This document shows positions 10,608 to 18,888 of a stretch of DNA of 64,000 nt, in pieces. The position numbers and the translations under genes were made by a program. Numbering within the stretch: position 1 is the first letter of the stretch; each line of letters starts with the position of its first letter. The stretch comes from Collinsella sp. (GTDB taxonomy: Bacteria; Actinomycetota; Coriobacteriia; Coriobacteriales; Coriobacteriaceae). The stretch is taken from positions 11,726 to 75,725 of the forward strand of contig JAXJPE010000067.1 in NCBI GenBank assembly GCA_036426035.1, read 5' to 3'. Under the pieces are notes generated by a model, which was not told where the DNA came from, made no database searches, and saw nothing but the letters and a program-made list of their open reading frames with translations.

Positions 10608-11822
10608 TTAGCAAGTGGGGTATTCGCCTTCCCAGACGATGCGACGGTACTGGTCGGGATCCGTGTCACCTTCCGTGGAGAAGCAGAGTACGGAGCTCGT
10701 CTTGTCCAGGCCGATGAGCTCCTTGAGCTCGGCGTACTCGGGATCGAGCATGAGGGTCTCGACCAGGCCGGTGGTCACCGCACCGGACTCGCCGGAGATG
10801 ACGCGCGGGTCGCCCTTCTCGGGAGCACCCAGGGTGCGCATGCCGCGAGCGGTGACCCAGTCGGGGCAGGACACGAAGGCAGTGGTGTGGTTGCGCAGGA
10901 TATCCCAGCCCAGGATGTTGGGCTCGCCGCAGCACAGGCCGGCCATGATGGAGGGCATGTCGCCGTCCACGATGCGCGGATCGCCGTCGCCGGCGGCAGC
11001 GCCCTTGTACAGGCAGGCGGCAGGAGCGCACTCGACCACAACAAAGGTGGGCGGGTTATCGGGATACAGGTTGGTGAAGTAGCCCACCACGGCGCCGGCG
11101 AGCGAACCCACGCCAGCCTGAACAAAGACGTGCGTCGGGCGGTTGATGGCCATCTCGCGCAGTTGCTCGGCAGCCTCGGAAGCCATGGTGCCGTAGCCCT
11201 CCATAATCCAGGACGGAATCTTCTCGTAGCCCTCCCAGGCGGTGTCCTGAACGATGACGCCGCGCTCGCAGGCATCGGCCTCGGCGGCGGCCATGCGCAC
11301 GCACTCGTCGTAGTTGACCTCTTCGATGGTCACCGTGGCGCCCTCGGCGGCGATGTTATCGAAGCGGGGCTTGGTGGAACCCTTGGGCATGTGCACGACG
11401 GCCTTCTGGCCCAGCTTGTTGGCAGCCCATGCCACGCCGCGGCCATGGTTGCCGTCGGTGGCGGTAAAGAAGGTAGCCTGGCCAAAGTCCTTGGCAAGCT
11501 GATCGGAGGTCAGGTAATCGAAGGTGCACTCGGCAACGTCCTTGCCGGTCTCGTCGGCAATGTAGTTGGCCATGGCAAACGAACCGCCCAGAACCTTAAA
11601 GGCGTTGAGGCCAAAGCGATAGCTCTCGTCCTTAACGCACAGGTTGGACAGGCCCAGGCGCGCGGCCTGGCCGTCCAGGCGGGCAAGCGGAGTGACGGTG
11701 TACTGGGGGAACGACTGGTGGAAGGCGCGGGCCTTCTTCACGTGGTCGAGGCTCATGATTCCCAAGTGCTTGTCATCGCTCTTGGGCATCGTGTTGCCCG
11801 CCCACTGGATCTTATCGGCCAT
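10608..11822 (-). CDS. dpaL: Diaminopropionate ammonia-lyase (YgeX)
   Basis: KDESYRFGLNAFKVLGG, TDGNHGRG, QDTAWEGY, STEGDTDP. Confidence 0.96.
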   Translation of the reverse strand: MADKIQWAGNTMPKSDDKHLGIMSLDHVKKARAFHQSFPQYTVTPLARLDGQAARLGLSNLCVKDESYRFGLNAFKVLGGSFAMANYIADETGKDVAECTFDYLTSDQLAKDFGQATFFTATDGNHGRGVAWAANKLGQKAVVHMPKGSTKPRFDNIAAEGATVTIEEVNYDECVRMAAAEADACERGVIVQDTAWEGYEKIPSWIMEGYGTMASEAAEQLREMAINRPTHVFVQAGVGSLAGAVVGYFTNLYPDNPPTFVVVECAPAACLYKGAAAGDGDPRIVDGDMPSIMAGLCCGEPNILGWDILRNHTTAFVSCPDWVTARGMRTLGAPEKGDPRVISGESGAVTTGLVETLMLDPEYAELKELIGLDKTSSVLCFSTEGDTDPDQYRRIVWEGEYPTC

Positions 11823-12099
11823 ACGGTGAACTCCTTAAGTTCTCTCTTGCCGGCCCCCGCATACGCGTTTCAGCCCATTCCCATTCCTGCGACTGAACTT
11901 TTATGTGGATGCCAAACAAAAAGTTTGTTAGCACTGTTCTATCACACTTTTTGATTGCTAAACCTAACAAATTGTTTGTTGCCGTAATCGGTACTTTTTC
12001 GCCGCCGAACGGTTACATAACGCAGCGACGCTTTCGTTATTTGCGAACAGGTGTGGTTTATGGCAAAGTGTGCCCAAACTAATTTTTAGGAAGGCACCC

Positions 12100-12753
12100 A
12101 TGACCCCCGCACAGATTGAGTTCTACAAGCGCCTTGCACACGGCCTGGCGCTCCAATTTGGCCCCAACTGCGAAGTCGTCGTCCACGACCTGGAGACCGA
12201 GGATGTGGACCACTCCATCGTAGTGATTGAAAACGGCCACGTCAGCGGGCGCAAACTGGGTGACGGCCCCAGCCATATTGTGCTTGAGTCCATGCACGAG
12301 GGCACCGCCGACGTGCACGACCGCGAGCCATACCTCACCAAAACCGCCGATGGCAAGCTGCTCAAGTCCTCGACCATCTTTATCCGCAACGACGAGGGCA
12401 AGCCCGTCGGCATTTTGGGCATTAACTTTGACATTACGCTCATGAAGGCTTTTGAGCGTTCGCTCGACGCGCTCACCGGCACCGGCGGCTCGGGCTACAC
12501 CGAGCCCGAGCCCATTACCAAAAACATCGGCGACCTGCTCGAAGACCTGCTGCGCGAGTGCGAACAGTTTGTGGGCAAGCCCGCAGCGCTCATGACCAAA
12601 GACGAGCGCATCCGCGCCATTGGCTACCTCGACCGTCGCGGCGCCTTCCTCATCTCCAAGTCGAGCGAACGCGCCTGCGAGTTCTTTGGCATCTCCAAAT
12701 ACAGCTTCTACAGCTACCTCAACGAGGCAAAGGCTGCCGCCGGCGACAAATAG
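12100..12753 (+). CDS. YheO-family PAS + HTH transcriptional regulator
   Basis: FGPNCEVVVHDL, NGHVSGR, LKSSTIFIR, C-terminal GAFLI..ISKYSFYSYL. Confidence 0.9.
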   Translation: MTPAQIEFYKRLAHGLALQFGPNCEVVVHDLETEDVDHSIVVIENGHVSGRKLGDGPSHIVLESMHEGTADVHDREPYLTKTADGKLLKSSTIFIRNDEGKPVGILGINFDITLMKAFERSLDALTGTGGSGYTEPEPITKNIGDLLEDLLRECEQFVGKPAALMTKDERIRAIGYLDRRGAFLISKSSERACEFFGISKYSFYSYLNEAKAAAGDK

Positions 12754-12875
12754 TCAGCGCGCCTGCGCCCCTCCCCTTTTGGGCACGAGTTCTGGAATGC
12801 ACGAATCCGAGAGTCGGCCGCAAGGCAAGTTCCATATAATCGATGAATATGAGCATTTCGAAAGGATGGAACAAG

Positions 12876-13868
12876 ATGGGGTCGAGCAACGCATCACGCA
12901 ACGGCCGCGGAGGCACCGTTTCTGGCGCCAGGCATGCGAAACACGCGTTTGACGAGGGCGAAGAGGGCCTTTTTGCGCTGAGCCTCGACGACGTGATGAG
13001 CGACCGCCCCTGGACCGCCGAGGAACTCATGGGCGGTGGAGCTCGCCCGACAAGTGCAAAGCCCGCACCTTCCGCCACGCCCGCGCCGGCATCCGTGCCC
13101 GCGGACGACTTTGCCACCCGTCCCATCGTGCAGGCGACGCGTAAAGCCGCCCCTGCACCCCGTCCTGCTAGCGATCCGTCCGAGACGGCGGCGTTTCTCG
13201 CTGCAGCGGCACAGCGCCCCACGGCAGACAGCACGATTCGCTACGCTGCCCCGCAGCAGTCGGCATACACGGCTCCCGAGCCCGAGCTCGAGCCGCCTGT
13301 CATGGATCTGGATGATCTTTCCAACCGTCAGTTTGCCTTTGATTCCTGGGCGGCGGCAGATCTGGACGAGACCTCGGGCGGCATGCCGGCGCTCAACATT
13401 CCGGTAAACCCCCTGTTTGCGGCTGCCGAGGAACGCGACTCCGCATACGACAACACCGCAGCATACGACAACCGCCCGAGCGAACAGCCTCGCGCCAGCC
13501 GCATCGAAACCGAGGATTACGGCCAAGCGTCGCGCGGCTATTCTCGTGACCCGTTTGCTGCCACGCCCGCTCCCGATTACAACCAAGCGAGCGTAAAGGC
13601 AGCCTCGGCATCGTCGTATACCCACGGCACCGACGATAAGCGCGCTGCCGATTACCACACCGAAGAAAAACCGCCGCGCTTTTCGGAGTTTTCGCAGGCG
13701 GCAAAGGTTGTCTTTATCGCCATCATCATCGCCCTGCTCGGCGTGATCGCGTTTGAGGGATTCCAGCTATTCCGCGGCCCCACCGCGTCTGAATCGGCAA
13801 CGCAGAAAGCAGAGGACGACAACCAGTACCTGGACATCAACACCCTCAAGGGCGACCCCAACAGCTAG
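12876..13868 (+). CDS. Hypothetical low-complexity protein with single C-terminal transmembrane helix
   Basis: Pro/Ala/acidic-rich ORF, hydrophobic VVFIAIIIALLGVIAF, AAAGGA RBS. Confidence 0.7.
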   Translation: MGSSNASRNGRGGTVSGARHAKHAFDEGEEGLFALSLDDVMSDRPWTAEELMGGGARPTSAKPAPSATPAPASVPADDFATRPIVQATRKAAPAPRPASDPSETAAFLAAAAQRPTADSTIRYAAPQQSAYTAPEPELEPPVMDLDDLSNRQFAFDSWAAADLDETSGGMPALNIPVNPLFAAAEERDSAYDNTAAYDNRPSEQPRASRIETEDYGQASRGYSRDPFAATPAPDYNQASVKAASASSYTHGTDDKRAADYHTEEKPPRFSEFSQAAKVVFIAIIIALLGVIAFEGFQLFRGPTASESATQKAEDDNQYLDINTLKGDPNS

Positions 13869-13912
13869 GTTGGAACATAAGCTATGCCGCACCCCTGTTT
13901 ACGTGCAGTTTT

Positions 13913-13989
13913 ACACTTTTCCGTAATTTGGGCGGCTCGAATTTAACACTTTTCCGTACTTTCATACGGCTGATTTAGACACTTTTCCG
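13913..13989. repeat. Three direct repeats ACACTTTTCCG at exact 33-bp period
   Basis: Copies at 13913, 13946, 13979. Confidence 0.85.
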
Positions 13990-14052
13990 GATGTTGGCCG
14001 AATAATTGCCGCGTAATCAAGCGCCGTCTGCACATCATTTCGCAGGCGGCGC

Positions 14053-14082
14053 TTGATTTCTGTCCGCGCGCGTTGATAAACT
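14053..14082 (+). promoter_or_regulatory. Putative sigmaA promoter upstream of the riboswitch
   Basis: TTGATT-18-TAAACT with extended -10 TGn. Confidence 0.55.
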
Positions 14083-14110
14083 TCCTCTTGCCCGCAAGGA
14101 GCGGGCGCGT

Positions 14111-14198
14111 TTTATCCAGAGTCGGGGTAGAGAGTTGGCTCCACGATCCCGACGCCAACCGGCCAAAAGGCACGGTGGCCCTGCCAACATCGATGAAA
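14111..14198 (+). ncRNA. SAM-I-family riboswitch (compact, apparently lacking P4)
   Basis: UUAUCCAGAG 5' signature; P2 with GAGAGUUGGCUC; P3 GCCAACC..GGUGGC; pseudoknot GUUGGC/GCCAAC; P1 closed by GAUGAAA abutting the RBS. Confidence 0.75.
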
Positions 14199-14207
14199 GG
14201 AGTCCAT

Positions 14208-14630
14208 ATGGACAATTTCTCCGTGCGCAGTGAGCGCAATTTCCACAACCTGGCATCCAAACCAAAACGAATGCATCTTCTGGACGAGCCGAATGGTTAC
14301 ACCTCGACCATGGTCAAGAGCAGCCTCTCCCACCAGATGCGTTTTACGGTACAGAAGCTCGAGGAAGAGCTCTGTGCTGCTGGCAATCCACACGTGTTGC
14401 AGATCAAGCTGCTCGGAGACGACTCGCGTGAGCCGTCCAGCTGGAAGCTCTTCGCCGACGGCGTGTGCGTTGCGGACGGCTCGGGCGACTTTGCCCGCGA
14501 GTGCTTCTGCGAGGGCGCCGAGGTGTTCCTGGACCTGTGCCGCGACGCCGTACGCGCGACCGATCTGCGCCAGTGGAGCCAGAGGGAGTATGAGCTGCTG
14601 AGTGCCGCGCGCGGGATTGCGGGGGTGTAG
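14208..14630 (+). CDS. Hypothetical protein (140 aa) downstream of SAM riboswitch
   Basis: AAAGGAG RBS then ATG; no recognisable motif. Confidence 0.75.
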   Translation: MDNFSVRSERNFHNLASKPKRMHLLDEPNGYTSTMVKSSLSHQMRFTVQKLEEELCAAGNPHVLQIKLLGDDSREPSSWKLFADGVCVADGSGDFARECFCEGAEVFLDLCRDAVRATDLRQWSQREYELLSAARGIAGV

Positions 14631-14740
14631 GCAGACAGACCAGACAGCTCGTCATACTGGTTGACGCTTCGATTCAAACAGCAGGGCGGAGTCGCGCTTA
14701 CAGCTCCGCCATGCCAAACCGAATGGCGTTCTCAAAAGGC

Positions 14741-15475
14741 CTACCTCCCCTCCGCCTTAAGCCTCAGCAGCAGGTCGCCCAGCTCGGGGCACTTGCTGTA
14801 AAGGCGCGTCTGAGCTCGCTCGCCCATCCCCCACCGTTGGCGGACTTCCTGAGCGCGCGGACTCACGCGGTACTCCCCGTCCATCGCCTGCTTGAGCAAT
14901 TTGGCGGTTACGCGCGCGTCGGCCAGGGCGCTGTGGGCGTGGCCCGTCGACTCATCGAACTCGATGCCAAACCACATTGCCGTGTCGCCCAACGAGACGC
15001 ACCCGTGGCTGCCCACATCCATAATCGAGGTGTAAAACGCCTGCAGGTCGGCCCAGTCCGCAGGAAATGCGGAAAGGTCGATGTGCTTTGCCTGACACTC
15101 GGTCAAAAGCTGTCGACGATCCGTCCCGCTCCAGCAAACTATTTGGGCGGAGTAGCGACCAATCCAATCGCTAAGCCTTTTGATCACCATGTAGAGAGGA
15201 TCAGCCATCGCGGTGTCCACGGCCGATATCCCCGTAAGCTCGCGGACGGGAAACGCAACGCCTTCGGTAAATTCCGTCTGCACAAACTGCGAGAACTCAC
15301 CCATAACGTTGCCGCGGTAATCGAGCTTGACCGCGCCGACCTCGATAATCTCATTGCGCAGTCCACGGCGCTGGCGCTGCTTTGGCACCGGCGCAAACTC
15401 AAAGTCCAGCACAATCTGGCGCGCAAAGTTCGTCGTATCGATAGCCGAGATACCCGGCGTCTTTTCAGCTGACAC
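14741..15475 (-). CDS. DEDDh 3'-5' exonuclease (DnaQ/KapD-like)
   Basis: VLDFEF, EIIEVGAVK, ELTGI, AHSALADARVTA. Confidence 0.88.
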   Translation of the reverse strand: MSAEKTPGISAIDTTNFARQIVLDFEFAPVPKQRQRRGLRNEIIEVGAVKLDYRGNVMGEFSQFVQTEFTEGVAFPVRELTGISAVDTAMADPLYMVIKRLSDWIGRYSAQIVCWSGTDRRQLLTECQAKHIDLSAFPADWADLQAFYTSIMDVGSHGCVSLGDTAMWFGIEFDESTGHAHSALADARVTAKLLKQAMDGEYRVSPRAQEVRQRWGMGERAQTRLYSKCPELGDLLLRLKAEGR

Positions 15476-15629
15476 GGTTAGGGCCTTTCTCCGTCAACTG
15501 CCGCTTGCTACATAGGCGGCTACATTGCCGTAAGGATAGGCGCTCGTGCGGACATGAAATCGCCCAGCGCGGCCACCCGACACCCTTGCGTAAAGCCGCG
15601 CTTTGAGATGGCCACGTCGCTGTTATTAG

Positions 15630-15643
15630 CGAACATATATTCG
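15630..15643. promoter_or_regulatory. Putative LexA (SOS) box
   Basis: CGAACATATATTCG vs Gram-positive consensus CGAAC-N4-GTTCG (1 mismatch). Confidence 0.55.
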
Positions 15644-15733
15644 TATTTATGACTGCAGTTTGATAGACTGGTTATTGTTGACGGCAGTTCCATGTGCCGG
15701 GCAGCGCCCTCCATGCGACGGGAGGTGATGCCC

Positions 15734-15859
15734 ATGACCGATCTGACTGATTTCGTGAAGCTCCTGACCGCTTTGGTCTCGCTCCTCACGGCGCTTATCG
15801 GGCTTACCGAGGCACTCAAGCAGCGTACGAAGCAGAAAAAGAGGGGTCGACGCCACTAA
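15734..15859 (+). CDS. Small hydrophobic peptide (41 aa), candidate type I toxin
   Basis: GGAGGTG RBS; MTDLTDFVKLLTALVSLLTALIGLTEALKQRTKQKKRGRRH; one TM-like helix plus basic tail; below ORF-track cutoff. Confidence 0.75.
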   Translation: MTDLTDFVKLLTALVSLLTALIGLTEALKQRTKQKKRGRRH

Positions 15860-15920
15860 GGCATTGACCCCTTAATCGAAGTAACGGCGCTGCCCAGCTA
15901 TCACCCTTGGGCTGCCGTCG
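15835..15920 (-). ncRNA. Candidate antisense antitoxin RNA (~85 nt)
   Basis: Minus-strand promoter TTGGTA(15954-15949)-17-TAGAAT(15931-15926); terminator hairpin plus U5 overlapping the toxin stop codon. Confidence 0.6.
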
Positions 15921-15997
15921 ACCTTATTCTACCCACGGCTGCCAGGTTTACCAAATGGATTTTCGGTAACGGAAGCACGGCACGCCCGACTCGTCCA

Positions 15998-16639
15998 CTA
16001 TTCCAGCCACCACTCCACGTCCACGGAGCACTCGACCTCGATGGGTTCCGGATCCAGCACCGTTTCCCCAAGGCCTCCGGATGCCCCATCGGGAGCGCCC
16101 ATGGCAGCGCAGTACACCCCACCATATTCCCCCGGCCGGCTGTTATACGAGATATGCTTGATGCCGCCCAGCTTAGTCCCCGCCGCCGCAGCAAGCGCCT
16201 GCGCATTACCGCGAGCGCGCTCGACAGCGCGGGCAATCAGGACGTCCTCCGCCGCGCGCTCATCCGCAAGTTCAAATCGAATGTTCATGTCGGCATGCGA
16301 TCCGCAGGTGTTGAGCGCCGTCCACACAGCCGCAAAGTCAATCGAATCGACAGGCGCGACAACCGCGCCGTACGCATAGTAGTCGTAGCCCACGATGGCT
16401 GCCCTTTTGCGCGTCGTCTGCGCATAGCAGGTGTACCGGCGACACGTCAACTCGTCATCCAGACCAAAGGGCGCCAGCGCAGCGGCGACCTTGGCACGAT
16501 CGGCGTTGTAATCGCCCAGGCACGCCTCCTTGGTATCAAAGCGGCCGCCAAAGCCAATGCTAAAGATCACGCGATCGGGCATGACCTTATCCTCGATCCG
16601 GGCACCAACGCTCACATAACCGGTCTTATCCGTTGCCAT
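15998..16639 (-). CDS. SIMPL/DUF541-domain protein
   Basis: V.PD..I.IG N-terminus, AVERARGNAQALAAAAGTKLGGI, P..IEV..SVDVEW. Confidence 0.8.
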   Translation of the reverse strand: MATDKTGYVSVGARIEDKVMPDRVIFSIGFGGRFDTKEACLGDYNADRAKVAAALAPFGLDDELTCRRYTCYAQTTRKRAAIVGYDYYAYGAVVAPVDSIDFAAVWTALNTCGSHADMNIRFELADERAAEDVLIARAVERARGNAQALAAAAGTKLGGIKHISYNSRPGEYGGVYCAAMGAPDGASGGLGETVLDPEPIEVECSVDVEWWLE

Positions 16640-16730
16640 GGCATCCGTCCTTTCCACGAATGACTATGTTGCAGTAAACATAGCCACCCGTGCGGACACA
16701 AAGTTGCGCGGCGGTGCCGCTGCGGGTCCT

Positions 16731-16930
16731 GGGACGCATGTTCCATTTGAGGCCTCTACCGGAAAACGAATCCCATTCCGAGCGTCGAATCCGGGACGCA
16801 GTTTCCGGTAGATCTCCTAATGGGAAAGCACGTCCCACTCTGGGGCTCGATTCCGGGACACAGCTTCCGCCAGAGGTCCCAATCGGAAACTGCGCCCCAC
16901 TCTGGAGCCAAATTCCGGGATGCAATTTCC
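16731..16930. repeat. Palindromic repeat array (left): 7 alternating inverted 14-mers, 62-bp period
   Basis: GGGAYRCANTTTCC-like at 16731,16793,16855,16917; reverse copies at 16761,16823,16885; spacers 16/18 nt. Confidence 0.92.
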
Positions 16931-17222
16931 GCTTGAGGACCGATCAACCGCTCATATCACACGTCCTCAAACGCGCAATCCAGAGCTTCAAAATAGCAGA
17001 TAAACAACCATTTTTCTAAAAAGTTCACGGCCCGAAACTTACCAAGGCTTCATAACTCGCTACCATTCACGGGTGCCGATTACCGCCCACCGATTCGGCT
17101 TCAAAAAATAACGTCAAAACCAGGCCATCTACCTGCATGGTTAGATTTTGGTCAGCTTTTGGTCAGCTGAGCGGCAAGTTCCAGCTGATACGTTTTTGCT
17201 ACCCAAAAGGAGGCGGTAGCTC

Positions 17223-18221
17223 ATGACCCATTGCAATGATCAACTCATCGACCAATTGCTCACTCAAGCCGAACAAGAGGGGCGCTGCCTGATTCCCCCG
17301 AGTGCGGCGATCAGAAAAGCGCTCCTTCGGCGCATCGGCGACATGGTCGTCTCCCCCATGCCGGGCATGTTCGCGCGCAAGTCACGCTGGAAAGAGCTCA
17401 ATCGGGCACAACGTCATTGTGAGATTATCCGCACCCTTGCGATCATCCACCCCGATTGGACGTTCTGCTCGTTTTCGGCCGCCTGCCTGCTGGGGCTCGA
17501 GGTCTCGTGGCGACACCTGAATGTCGTGCATGCCTGCAGCGCCACCAAGCCGTCGGCTCGCCCGGGCGTGCATATTCAGCGGCATCTGATCGAGCCGGCC
17601 GGAGCAATCCGTCTATCCGGCATATCGGTAACGCCGCCTATCCAAACGGCCACAGATTGCCTGCTGCAGACCGGTTTTGCCGATGGCATGCCCATTGCCG
17701 ATTCGGCGATTTCAAAGCTTGGTCTAACGCGAGAGCAGCTGATGGAGGCCGTCGAGCAACGAGCGACCGCCCGCAATGGTCGCGCGATTCGCACCGCCCT
17801 CACGACACTTCGATATGCCGACGCCCGCGCCGAGAGCGGTGGAGAATCAGTCGCCCGCGCCGTCATGATCGAAACGGGCTTTGCGCCCGACTGGCTTCAA
17901 TACGAGTTGACGGACCCCTTCGATTCGACTAAGCCCATACGAACGGACTTTGCCTGGGAGCGCCAGGCGCGGGAGCTCACATTGGGAGAACTCGACGGGT
18001 TCGTCAAGTATACCGACCAGGCCATGCTAGCCAGGCGCACCACCGCCGAGGCACTCGTTGCCGAACGACAGCGCGAGGCGCATCTATCGCTCTACGGTCA
18101 CCCTCTGCTGCGCTTTACCATGAACGAGGTCCGCTCGGCAGGAATGCTCGCCAAAAAGCTGCAGACGGCAGGCATCCGGCAGACCGCGCTGCCGACATGG
18201 CTCAACGAGGTTGACCTGTAG
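17223..18221 (+). CDS. AbiEi-like N-terminal plus Vsr/DUF559-like endonuclease domain protein
   Basis: FCSFSAACLLGL, VTPPIQTATDC, ESGGES, RTDFAW, GELDGFVKY, ERQREAHL..RFT; AGGAGG RBS. Confidence 0.75.
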   Translation: MTHCNDQLIDQLLTQAEQEGRCLIPPSAAIRKALLRRIGDMVVSPMPGMFARKSRWKELNRAQRHCEIIRTLAIIHPDWTFCSFSAACLLGLEVSWRHLNVVHACSATKPSARPGVHIQRHLIEPAGAIRLSGISVTPPIQTATDCLLQTGFADGMPIADSAISKLGLTREQLMEAVEQRATARNGRAIRTALTTLRYADARAESGGESVARAVMIETGFAPDWLQYELTDPFDSTKPIRTDFAWERQARELTLGELDGFVKYTDQAMLARRTTAEALVAERQREAHLSLYGHPLLRFTMNEVRSAGMLAKKLQTAGIRQTALPTWLNEVDL

Positions 18222-18257
18222 GGACTGCTGAACTTATGCCCGCCTCCCCACCAAACT

Positions 18258-18766
18258 GGGACACACTTTCCAGTTGGCAGCACCCGCGGAAACCATGTCC
18301 CAGATTGAGCGCTCAAAACGGGATGCGCTTTCCAGATGGCATGCCTAGCGGAAACCGCATCCCGGAATCAAGGCCCAGAACGGGACACGCTTTCCGGCTG
18401 AAGCGCCCAGCGGAAACTGCATCCCGGAATAGACGCTCAAACTGGGACGCAATTTCCGCTGAGGTTCCATCCGGAAACTGTGTCCCACTCCGAGCGTCAA
18501 TTCTGGGATGAACTTTCCGCCAGAGGGTTCAGCCGGAAACGGCATCCCACTCTGAAGCGAAATTCTGGGACGCAGTTTCCGGTTGAGGGCTGTTCCGGAA
18601 AGTGCGTCCCATTCCAGGCGCGGATTCCGGGATGCACTTTCCGTTTGAAGCTCCAACCGGAAAGTCCATCCCACTCTGGAGCCAAATTCCGGGACACGCT
18701 TTCCGCTAGGTATGCCATATGGAAGGCGCATCCCATTCTGAGCGCCAAATCCGGGACGCAGTTTCC
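18258..18766. repeat. Palindromic repeat array (right): 17 alternating inverted 14-mers, 62-bp period
   Basis: Forward copies 18258,18320,18382,18444,18505,18567,18629,18691,18753; reverse copies between; spacers 16 (once 15) and 18 nt. Confidence 0.95.
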
Positions 18767-18787
18767 GTATGCGGAGGCGCTCCAAAC

Positions 18788-18822
18788 AAAAGGCCCCGGC
18801 TCGCGATGGAGCCGGGGCCAAA
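18788..18822. terminator. Intrinsic terminator after xdh
   Basis: aaaaggccccggctc-gcgatg-gagccggggcc. Confidence 0.7.
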
Positions 18823-18888
18823 GGTGCAGCATATACAGTTGGTGTTGTGCGCGAACAGCCCGTCAGTAATGACCGTCCGCGCTCTACC

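Noticed and set aside
16731..18766. Calling the 62-bp arrays (or the 33394-33609 array) CRISPR
   Set aside because: Repeats are only 14-15 nt, degenerate and alternate in orientation; spacers are 15-26 nt and partly related to each other; no cas genes in the window.
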